A stretch of 64,000 nucleotides of DNA from Poseidonia sp. (GTDB taxonomy: Archaea; Thermoplasmatota; Poseidoniia; Poseidoniales; Poseidoniaceae), in assembly GCA_965661285.1 (NCBI GenBank), contig CBFIDD010000006.1, positions 32,001 through 96,000 on the forward strand, read 5' to 3'. A program made the translations under genes and the position numbers. The notes under the pieces are model-generated. The model did no database searches, was not told the origin of the DNA, and was given only the letters and a program-made list of their open reading frames with translations. The number at the start of each line of letters is the position of its first letter. Within the stretch, counting starts at the first letter, position 1. This document shows, piece by piece, positions 17,417-26,700 of the stretch.

Positions 17417-18502
17417 ATGATACGGGGTCGTAACCACACCGTGAACCGACGCGCAGGCCGAGTTGCGTCTCATCGCCTCCGTGCGGATGAGCGAGGTGTG
17501 AGCGAGGTTCTCGGCGTCGTGATGCTGCTTGCCATGGTCATCACCATCATGGGCGGCGTGTGGGTTTTTCTCAATCCCTACCTGTCGGATTTTGAGGACA
17601 ACACCAACTGGAATTCTGCTACGGGGCTGGCTGACCGAATTGAAGACCGCATCGAGGTGGCCGGGAATGCACCCGACGGGACTGGGTTTCGAAACACACT
17701 CGCGATTCAATCCACGGCCATTCGAACCGTACAAAATGTCGAACACTGGACCATAAGCGCTGATTTAACCGAGCGAGAACGCATTCAGTTGCGTCATGTC
17801 AACGACACCACCGTGGCTGTCTTGGCAGCGAACGAAACCGCTCGCTCAATCTCGGTTGAATCACCCGGTGTTTCCTTTGAAGATGATGTGACACGCAGCC
17901 ATCTTGAAGTGTTCATCACGCACAACGCAAGTGCATCGCATTGGATGATCATCACCGTCTATGGGGCCGACGGCGAACCGCTCCACCGGCAGGTGTCATG
18001 GACCCTTTCGGGGCTTCAAGTCACGACCTCGCTCGGCCAGGGCGAGCATCAAATCGCGCTCATGAACAACGCACGGGCGGAACGATTCCCCAATCAAGCC
18101 TGGGAGGTAAGTGCCATGCCATCGGTTGAGTTTGACCGGATGGCCAACGATGAACTGCGACTCTCCATTTTGTTGACCGACATCACGGCGAACGGGAGCA
18201 TCGGCTCTGGGTCCAATGTCGGTATGCAGTTTGTCTCCAAAGGCCCCATGACGCTCTTTACCGGTCAAGCCTACAACGTGAATTTCAACGTCTTCAATGC
18301 CCTTCACGATGTCATCACGCCTCAATACCACAACAGTTGGCTTTCCGATTACACCGTGCAGCGTTCGGCAGGAACCCTCGACACCTACATCGGCTTCGCA
18401 CCCTACGAACGAGCGAGCGGTGCCGACGGATTCAGTGTCTCGTCCCAAGACCTCCCGCTGTACTTTGAAGTCGATGTTCAGCGAGTGGAGGTGAGTCGAT
18501 GA
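17417..18502 (+). CDS. Archaeal type IV pilin-like protein (class III signal peptide)
   Basis: DERG|VSEVLGVVMLLAMVITIMGGVWVFL is a typical prepilin-peptidase site followed by a hydrophobic helix. The start may be GTG 17441. Confidence 0.78.
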   Translation: MIRGRNHTVNRRAGRVASHRLRADERGVSEVLGVVMLLAMVITIMGGVWVFLNPYLSDFEDNTNWNSATGLADRIEDRIEVAGNAPDGTGFRNTLAIQSTAIRTVQNVEHWTISADLTERERIQLRHVNDTTVAVLAANETARSISVESPGVSFEDDVTRSHLEVFITHNASASHWMIITVYGADGEPLHRQVSWTLSGLQVTTSLGQGEHQIALMNNARAERFPNQAWEVSAMPSVEFDRMANDELRLSILLTDITANGSIGSGSNVGMQFVSKGPMTLFTGQAYNVNFNVFNALHDVITPQYHNSWLSDYTVQRSAGTLDTYIGFAPYERASGADGFSVSSQDLPLYFEVDVQRVEVSR

Positions 18503-20733
18503 GGGGCTCCATGCGCCGAGATGAGGGCGCGGTATCCGCTGCTGTTGCCACCGTCTTGTTGTTTGGCGGCGTGCTCTCCATCATCGGTTTGATGATGATT
18601 TCCATGATGCCCGTTATCGAGGAGATGGAGGGTTCGGTGGAGCGCCACGATATGTCGTCGCAAATGACCCTTCTCGCTCACGAGACATCGGCCTTGAGCG
18701 AACGTGGGATGCCGGGCGATGTCGCTCAAGCGACCCTGATTCCCGTTGATGGTGATCTGGTTTGGGACAGTTTGCGAGGAGGGATGTGGTATTCTGCGAC
18801 ATGGGCCGAAGACATGAGCCTGCGAGCCCGAGGTGCGTTGGATTTTGATGATACGATGGAAATCCGCCATCCTGAAAGTTTCGTTGAGGCCGTCTGTATC
18901 TCCGACCTTCGCCTCGGGCCCGAGCGCCCGTACCACTACACGCTTGAGGCCGTCCACGACAGCGCCATGGTCACTGTAACACCCGGTTTGGCGATGCCGC
19001 TTGGACCCATCGATGTCACCTTGGTCGTTGACGGTGAAGAGGCGACAGTGACCTCGCTCCGTGTCGATGAAATGGCTACCTTTGACCTGACGGATGTCGA
19101 CGAAGCGGTGCTTACCTCAAGTCACGAACTCAACGTCTACGGTTTGGTTGGAAACAGCGGTGCCACCTATGTCCTTCCAAACGCACCGGAACCTGCCGAC
19201 AAGCGAGGTCAAGCATGGTCAATCCCCATCCAAGCCGGGGTTCATGCCATTCAACTCCTCAGCGACAACGCCAATCAAATCCACATCACCGTTGATGGCG
19301 AGACCACCATCCATTACGCCACACCAACCGGCCTTGCACGAACAGGTGTTCATTTCCACCACGAGCTCAACCTGAGCGAGCAGAGCGTCGTTCACATCAC
19401 GACCAGTGCGCCATCACGAATGGTGTTGAAAACGGGACTTGACACCGCGGATGGGGTGACTGCATGGCCCGCAACCAATGGGGCTTTTCTTGGAAACACC
19501 TTCCTTCCACCGCACATGAACGGTACGCTTCGTTTTGCGAACCCTGGTGAGAAGGTGGTCACCATCACGTGGCGTGGCGGCGGTGTTTCGGTGGCAGCAG
19601 GAGGCGTTGAGCACGTCGATTGGCCACCCGCTTATGATGACGGGGCAGCCACCTTGGATGCCGACGGTGATGTCTTCGTCACCTGGGGTGGCTCAACCGA
19701 TGTTGGCAGCACCGATGCCATCAACGGTTCCATGTTCCTCGCCGCTGACGACACCGGGGCCATCTCCGGCGGATTGTTTTCCTATGCCAACACGCTCAAC
19801 GAGACCGAAGAACGATTGGTGCTCCGATTAGCAGGCTACACATCAACATGGAACGTCAGCAGCACGACCTTCCAATCGGGTGTTTTTCTTGAAAACAACC
19901 AGCACCAAAACCTCCCGTTGAGCGCCGGTACGACCTCCGTGCGCGTTGATGCAGGGCATCCACTGCGTGTGCTTCGCACATCAGGCGACGCCGGCCTCCT
20001 CCACCTCCCGCATGACGGCGCTCGACGGTGCACCAGCATTGATACACAAGCCAGCGGTTGGATCACCACCGACCTTCCTTGGGAGCGTATGGGTGGACGA
20101 GGTGAAATTGACACCCAAGAGGCATGGCGTGATGGACGGCATCCAGCCAGCGTGAGTATCGACGTGCTCGGTGATGACGGCTTGTCCTCTCACGCCTCCA
20201 TCGGCTCCGTTTGGGCCTTCCACCTGTCCCGCTTGTCGTATCAGTTCGCATCGTCCATCGACGGCATGGAGGTGGCGTACAGTGGCGGCGCCGTGGTCAC
20301 CAACCATCCCGAATTCAGACCGTACGTGGTCGTCCCACCCTCAGACCGAGGCGGCCCTGGCCCGCGGTTCGCAGCGACCATTCCGTCACTTCATCCCACG
20401 GCATCAAGCGAAAGTGGAGCGGGTGAACTGGAACTTGACATCGAGTTGGTTCATCGCACCTCGCTTGCCTCGACACCTGCCTACGAGGTTCGCCGAGGGT
20501 GGTCCGAGCCCTACGGGACGGCCATTGCAGACGATGCGGGGATTGGCCTTGAAGCGAGTGAAGACTGGACGGTGTATCCGGGCAGACTCGATTTACTCAC
20601 CGATTATGTTGGCTGGGTCCCCGACCCGAGTTATGGTACCTCCGAGGCGGTGTGGCACACCAACGGAGAAGTGATCGAGTTCACCCTGCAGTTGGCCTCC
20701 ATCGATGTGACGACACGGGAGGTGCTGGTATGA
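18499..20733 (+). CDS. Large (744 aa) pilin-like protein with class III signal peptide
   Basis: RRDEGA|VSAAVATVLLFGGVLSIIGLMM, ATGA overlap with the upstream gene, beta-rich body. Confidence 0.75.
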   Translation: MRGSMRRDEGAVSAAVATVLLFGGVLSIIGLMMISMMPVIEEMEGSVERHDMSSQMTLLAHETSALSERGMPGDVAQATLIPVDGDLVWDSLRGGMWYSATWAEDMSLRARGALDFDDTMEIRHPESFVEAVCISDLRLGPERPYHYTLEAVHDSAMVTVTPGLAMPLGPIDVTLVVDGEEATVTSLRVDEMATFDLTDVDEAVLTSSHELNVYGLVGNSGATYVLPNAPEPADKRGQAWSIPIQAGVHAIQLLSDNANQIHITVDGETTIHYATPTGLARTGVHFHHELNLSEQSVVHITTSAPSRMVLKTGLDTADGVTAWPATNGAFLGNTFLPPHMNGTLRFANPGEKVVTITWRGGGVSVAAGGVEHVDWPPAYDDGAATLDADGDVFVTWGGSTDVGSTDAINGSMFLAADDTGAISGGLFSYANTLNETEERLVLRLAGYTSTWNVSSTTFQSGVFLENNQHQNLPLSAGTTSVRVDAGHPLRVLRTSGDAGLLHLPHDGARRCTSIDTQASGWITTDLPWERMGGRGEIDTQEAWRDGRHPASVSIDVLGDDGLSSHASIGSVWAFHLSRLSYQFASSIDGMEVAYSGGAVVTNHPEFRPYVVVPPSDRGGPGPRFAATIPSLHPTASSESGAGELELDIELVHRTSLASTPAYEVRRGWSEPYGTAIADDAGIGLEASEDWTVYPGRLDLLTDYVGWVPDPSYGTSEAVWHTNGEVIEFTLQLASIDVTTREVLV

Positions 20734-21209
20734 GGCGAGGCATGCTCACACACGACACGCGAGCGGCTGCCACCGAATTGGGCTATATCTTCACCTTCCT
20801 TCTGGGTGTTCTCCTGATGAGCATGTTCAGCGTTTGGGCGTGGGACATTGAGACGAACACACGACTACGATGGAACGAGGAGGCCATCCAAGCCAACATG
20901 GACGACATTGCGGCCGCTGTTGAACGAGCGGATGAAGCCAGTCGTCTGGGTGGAAACATCTCGTATGCTGAAGAAATCAGTTGGCGCCCCACGGAAGCCG
21001 ATGAATCCCTTTTCTGGTTGGAGTTGCATGACACCTCCCTCTTGCTCATCGACGAAGGCGGGCCACTGGATACCGAAATTTCGCTTTCAGGAACAGGAGC
21101 GGGAACTCACGAAGGGCGAGTACCGCTCGCCGGTGTGGAGCGCTTATGGGTGGTTCATGACAAAGGTGTTACGTTTCTTTCACTTGACCGCCCGCAAGCC
21201 GTCCAGTGA
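20730..21209 (+). CDS. Small pilin-like protein (class III signal peptide)
   Basis: ATG 20730 overlaps the upstream stop (ATGA) after GGAGGTG. DTRA|AATELGYIFTFLLGVLLMSMF is followed by an amphipathic helix (DDIAAAVERADEA). Confidence 0.72.
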   Translation: MRRGMLTHDTRAAATELGYIFTFLLGVLLMSMFSVWAWDIETNTRLRWNEEAIQANMDDIAAAVERADEASRLGGNISYAEEISWRPTEADESLFWLELHDTSLLLIDEGGPLDTEISLSGTGAGTHEGRVPLAGVERLWVVHDKGVTFLSLDRPQAVQ

Positions 21210-21210
21210 T

Positions 21211-23760
21211 TCAGCGGCTCATGACGGCTCGGTGAACCATGGTTTGGACTTCTCGCATGCGCGACTTTGCTCCAAGTTCACGGAAGACTTTCAGTGCACG
21301 TTGGAGGTATTCCATGCGGCCTTGACGGTCGGGTGCGACGCCGCCCAGCCGCGTGAGCAATTCCCCAATTTGCATGCGTAAATCGTTCGCTTCTGCCATC
21401 ACCAAGGCTTGCCGATAGTGCTCCATGGCCTCATCGGTCCGACCGGAATCGTGCAGCACCTCCCCGAGCAGCATGGCGATTTCCACCAGGGACTGCACGT
21501 CGCCCGCCTCTGTCATGGCCTCAAGGGCTTCAGAATAGTGGAACAGTGCAAGTTCAGACTGACCCACTTTGGAATAATAACGGCCAAGAACACCTTGAGC
21601 GCGTGCGTGAAGCACCCCGTCATCCATTTCTGCTGAACGTTCATGCGAAGCCATGGCGTGTTCTCGTGCTCTGTCAACCTCACCGAGGGAAATGAGGGCT
21701 CTCGCAAGCGTGATTTGACTGCTGATGAGTTGGTCATCATCGGAACTTGACAGGATGGCTTCAACCTCACCGTAGGCTTCCAGCGCTTTTGATCGCTCGT
21801 TCTTTCGACGAAGGAGGTACCCGATGTTGTTGTATGTGCGAGCTGCCCACCGAGCGTTTCCTCGGGCGATGTAGTGTTTGAGCGCCTTCTTGTGGCGACT
21901 GAGCGAAAGGTCGCTATCACCCATCTTTCTGCTCACATCGGCCAGTGATGACAGAAGTTCGGCCTGCACCAACTCGTCCGCCTTCTTCTCCGCTCTCTTG
22001 AGGGTGCTGTTCAGGACCGTTTCCGCTTCATCAAGGCGGCCAAGAAGGGCGAGAATGTCGCCCTGAAGTTGTTCCATACGCATCACAACGTCTGAGGAGA
22101 TGTCGTCCGTTTCGATTTGTTCGATCAAGCCGAGAAGTTCCATGTGGCCTTGCGAAATCAGTTGGTGGCCTTCTGCAACGACGAGAGCAGAGGCATTCTC
22201 ATGTTGCGCTGCCTTGATTGAGTGATAAATCAACTCCATGAGCATATCATGTGTTCGGGTTTGTTTTTGATACCAGTCCACACATTTTGAATGAAATTCT
22301 TGGCGAAGAGCAGGGGACAGACTGCGCAGAAGGAATTCCCGAATCAAATCGTGAACATCGTATGTCGCTGAATCTGCTTGACGAGCCAAGCCCGATTCAA
22401 CCAGACTGTCCAATTCATCCGTGTTCAGTTGCTGTTGTGCCAGCGCACCGAGTTCAACAGGTTCACGGAAGATTGAGAGGGCTGAGAGAACACGTTTTTG
22501 TTCTGCAGTTAGTTTTGAAAAGATCTCAACGGTCACGTAGTTTTCGAGCGTCTCGTGAAAAGCGCCGGCAGAGGCGCCTCGATTGATCAGCTCCAGCACA
22601 AGGGGATGCCCGCGGGATAAGCCATGAATGTGCAACCACTGTTCATCGCCCAAGGATTCGAAACTTGTCAGCAGTTTTCGCCCTGATTCCGGGTCGAGTC
22701 CATCGAGCGGAAGAACCAAACTCGCAATTCGGCCTTCTGCGTCCTTTGTTGGAACAACGGGTTTGAAGGAACGCGAGAAGATGACGAGACCGGTTTTCTC
22801 CTCACTTCCAAGCAGCGCGAGTGACATCGCTTGGAAGGTTTGGTGGAGCACCATATCCGAGACCTTGTGGAAGTCATCGATAACCAGCAAGGACGGCGTG
22901 CCCTCCAAGGCCTCGACGAGTATTCGTGCAGCATCGGCAGGTTGCGGCACGGGTGTTGCCGCTAGGTAGGTCGAGAAATCTGAATTTCCCATGCTGGACA
23001 ACCAGTCCGCTACCGATTCAAATAAGGAACGAGACCCTTCCCAATCTTGACACCGATGGTAAAGGAGATTCCTTCTGTGCATGAATCGCTCGATCAATTT
23101 TGAGGCCATCGTGGTTTTTCCAATGCCTGCAATTCCGGGTACCAACAAGGTTGTCGCCCGCGCTTCAAGCAAGTTGACCATGTTGTCCAATTCGGTCGCA
23201 CGTCCGTAAAAATGCCGCAGTCGAGGCAAGTCCGCCAACGATGTTACCAGTTGTTTTTCGACATGTTTTGAAAGGTCACGCTCAACGAGGTCCGCCGACA
23301 GGTTTCGCACATCCAAGCAATTGTTTTCGTCGATGTAGCGAATGATGTCAACCGGCCTCATCTCAAACGGCAACACGGACTTAGCTCCACTCAGTGTGGT
23401 CTCCACCGAGGGTTGGTCGTTCAAGATGCACCGAACGGGAAACTCGGAGAGTCGCTCCCATGTTTCAGTCGCAAGGGCAACACCCGAATCGGTCAGGAAG
23501 TATGCTTTGCGTTTTCGAGAAACACCCTTGACGTGGGCTTGTCGCTCGACGAGAATCTCTTGGTCTTTCAACCCGGCAATGGCGCGCGGAACGTTGGACC
23601 TGGCGATAGCCACGGCGTTTGCGATACCCATTTGGGAGAGCGCAAACGGAACCTCGATGCTGTCCTTGTAGTCGGAATAATCCAACAGATGCAACAGGAT
23701 ACGTTCCTGCACGCCCGGTTTTGCCTGCACGGCCATTGTCAAACCCTCAGGTGTACTCAC
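21211..23760 (-). CDS. wHTH + STAND-class (NB-ARC/MalT-like) NTPase + TPR protein
   Basis: N-terminal HTH (SQMGIANAVAIARSNVPRAIAGL..RKAYFLT), FYGRATEL, Walker A GIAGIGKTT, Walker B LLVIDDFH, GHPL, HDLIREF, C-terminal TPRs. Start is GTG 23760 or ATG 23736. Confidence 0.88.
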   Translation of the reverse strand: MSTPEGLTMAVQAKPGVQERILLHLLDYSDYKDSIEVPFALSQMGIANAVAIARSNVPRAIAGLKDQEILVERQAHVKGVSRKRKAYFLTDSGVALATETWERLSEFPVRCILNDQPSVETTLSGAKSVLPFEMRPVDIIRYIDENNCLDVRNLSADLVERDLSKHVEKQLVTSLADLPRLRHFYGRATELDNMVNLLEARATTLLVPGIAGIGKTTMASKLIERFMHRRNLLYHRCQDWEGSRSLFESVADWLSSMGNSDFSTYLAATPVPQPADAARILVEALEGTPSLLVIDDFHKVSDMVLHQTFQAMSLALLGSEEKTGLVIFSRSFKPVVPTKDAEGRIASLVLPLDGLDPESGRKLLTSFESLGDEQWLHIHGLSRGHPLVLELINRGASAGAFHETLENYVTVEIFSKLTAEQKRVLSALSIFREPVELGALAQQQLNTDELDSLVESGLARQADSATYDVHDLIREFLLRSLSPALRQEFHSKCVDWYQKQTRTHDMLMELIYHSIKAAQHENASALVVAEGHQLISQGHMELLGLIEQIETDDISSDVVMRMEQLQGDILALLGRLDEAETVLNSTLKRAEKKADELVQAELLSSLADVSRKMGDSDLSLSRHKKALKHYIARGNARWAARTYNNIGYLLRRKNERSKALEAYGEVEAILSSSDDDQLISSQITLARALISLGEVDRAREHAMASHERSAEMDDGVLHARAQGVLGRYYSKVGQSELALFHYSEALEAMTEAGDVQSLVEIAMLLGEVLHDSGRTDEAMEHYRQALVMAEANDLRMQIGELLTRLGGVAPDRQGRMEYLQRALKVFRELGAKSRMREVQTMVHRAVMSR

Positions 23761-26700
23761 GCTTGGGGAGGCTGCTGATAGTCGGGGTCAGGCACCCATT
23801 GGTTGGATGCTTGGTCCCAAAGCCAGCCGGGGTGTTGAGATGCTGCTGGGGCTGCTGCCTCTTGAACAGCAGGTGCTGCCTGTGTTTGCGGTGCAACTTG
23901 CTGTTGAGGGAGGCTGGGTGTTTGTTTGGTCTTGGCCCAAGCGTAGGGGTCCTCTTGCTGTGGAGCATCGTCGCCGGTCAGGTCGGCCTCGTCGGGAATC
24001 TCTTCAAACTCGATGAAGAAGAACGCCCCTGCTCCGAGGAGGACAAGGACCGCGATGACGATGAGGGCGATGGTCAACACACCCGAGCCGCCGTCGTCTC
24101 CGCTCGAGACGGTGATGGCGAACTCGGCGTTGTCTGTTTGCCCGGCGAAATTGAAGATTTGACCGTCCATTTCGAAGATCACATTTGAGGTGCCTTCAAC
24201 ACCGCTCAATTGGCCGGCCGTGAGGTCCATGCTCCAAGAGCCGTCTGAGAGGACACGCGTTGAGTTCAACTTCGCATTTCCATCTGCAAATCGCGCAATG
24301 ACCAGACTGCCGGGCAAACCTTCACCCTGGAAGGTGGCAGGGTCGTTGACGGTGATGTCGCCGACGTCAGCACGTTCAACGGTGAACGAAACAGAACGTA
24401 CCAAGAAGTTCACCTTGAGCGAGTAGGCCTTCGACTCCTGGTCGTCCTGGGCGTACACGACGACACCGTTCAACGACCAGTCCGGTATGCTGCTGGTGGT
24501 TTGGGCCATGTAGGACATGGGGTCGTAGGTCAGCACGCCCAGAGGCGTAATGGTGATGAAATCGTCGTAGAAGTCGTCCTCGATGGTCTCATCATCGTCA
24601 TAGACATAGAACTCGAGGTCATTGCCGGGTGAACCGGTGCCGTCCGGGTCGCTGAAGAATTCAGCCAAGTCGAACGAAACACCACCGCCACAGCGGTCAA
24701 AGGAGTTGGAGTTCTGGTCGCAGAAGATGGTCCAGGTGCCAACCCATCCGGTCTCATTGAAGACAGGGTCGATGTTTTCTGCATCGAGTGGATTGTTGAT
24801 GGTCATTCTCCATGTCGACCATTCCGAATAATCATCGCCGTCATAGGCACGGACAGCGACCGAATAGACGCTGTCGTGGACGAGTTTTGAGGTATCCCAG
24901 TTGGCGACCCAAGAGCCGTCTTGAGCAAAGGTCGTGACCGGAAGCGGCCCGTCGTTGAGGACAATGCCGTTGGCCAGGTCGGTGATTTCAATCTCAACAC
25001 GGGTCACGAATCCACCGATGTCTCGAGCAACGCCGATAATCTTGGTCTCAGGAGAGGCTCGTACGGTATCGCCGTCAATGCCTCCGGAGGTTTGGTCTTC
25101 CGCACCGATCCAAGAGAGTTGGAGGTTGGGCGGGACGTTATCGTTGTTGATGGTGATGGTTCGCGTCTCGGCAACGCAACCGTCGGCCACCACGATCTCG
25201 TCAATGCAGAAATCACTGTCAGCGGCCCATACCTCAATGGTATACTCACCGGAGGGAAGTTCTGCAACACTCCACTGGTACGACCAACTCGTCGAGCCTT
25301 GGTTGAAGAACTGCTGTTCAAAGTCGTTAGGTCCGGTGATGTGGAACCAAATCTGCTTGATGTCGCTGCCATAGGTGCCCTGGTAGGGGTCCGATGCGGT
25401 CCCCTGGAACATGACCTTCCCTGTCTGGTGAACGCTGCCTTCTGTTGGCACGTCGACAAGAATGGTGGGCGGAACCAAGTTGAGTTTGTACTGGCGAACT
25501 TCAACCGGTGAGTAGTCCAACCCGTCGTAGGAACGGATGCGGAACGCGATGTCACCTTCACCATCAGGGTGAGCAGCGCCGTCCCATTCGTAGACCCAAT
25601 CTCTGAAAGGATGGGACTGCATTGTAATCTCCCCGTTCGAGCCTGAAACATCGGAGGCGTAGAACCAGTCGCTTGACCCGGGGGGTTGAATCTCAACCCG
25701 CTTGATCACACCAAATTGGGCTTGTTGAGCCGTGTTGTCGTTCGCATAAGGCCACTTGAGACCGTCCCATGCCTGTCCGGTAATTCGAACGGTCGTGGCG
25801 TAAGAGTAGCCATCGGGTTCGTTAACGCTCACACTGGGTCGCTGATTCTCAAGGTTGATGACATCATCAATCGGTCCGGAAAGCACGTATGAGAAGTCAT
25901 CTTTCCCACTGCCGAACTTGAAGGCCTCAACCGAATAGAAAGGCTTCTCGCGATTCCCGTTTTCACAGTTGGAGTTATCGCTGATATCCGAAGCAAGGTC
26001 ACCACCGTCGATGAAGGTGTCACCATCGTTGTCAATACCGTCAGCGCAGGAGTCCTCGTCCACATAGATTGGCTGACCGGTTCCGTCGTTTGATCCGGGA
26101 ATGGCAGCATTTTTGTCTCCGACCACATGGTTCCAGTTCCGGTCAAGCAAGAAATCCGAAGGGAGTGAAACTTGGGGGGTAAAGCCAAACGCATCCGTGG
26201 TAAGTTCGTACAATGGCAAACCTGTTGCGTCTTTGATCACCACAGTGGCGCCTTCAACGTTCGAATTTTTGGCTTTCACCTGATAGCGGACCAACTCACC
26301 TTGACGGACTTGGGAGCCCCAAGCCGTGTTTTGGTTCTGTACATGAATCATGGATGAATCAAAGTTTTGTAGGGCTGCAAAAGAGAACACGGTGGCGTTT
26401 TCCACCAGTTCAAGGGCGAGTGGCATCTGAGCAGGTGGGAGGGCCACCGTGTCAGGCAGTTGAAGGCATTCGTCTTGGACATAGGGGCATTCTGCTCCAA
26501 GCCAACGGATGTTGACAGGGTACAACTCACCGTTGCCCGGCGAGGGGATTTGCTCGGATTGGACAGTCACACGGGATTCGGTGATGTTGTAGACTTGAGA
26601 GACCCCGGTCCACGTGTTTCCAGAGAAGTAAGCCACGGACCCGTACTTGTTGCCGTAATTGTCATCATGAAGGCTGATGTTTCCAGCGAAGCCACCTTGT

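Noticed and set aside
21211-23760. STAND-TPR protein as an Avs-type antiviral system
   Set aside because: The N-terminus is a wHTH, there is no nuclease, TIR, SIR2 or protease effector, and the neighbourhood is not a defence island. A regulatory role is more parsimonious.
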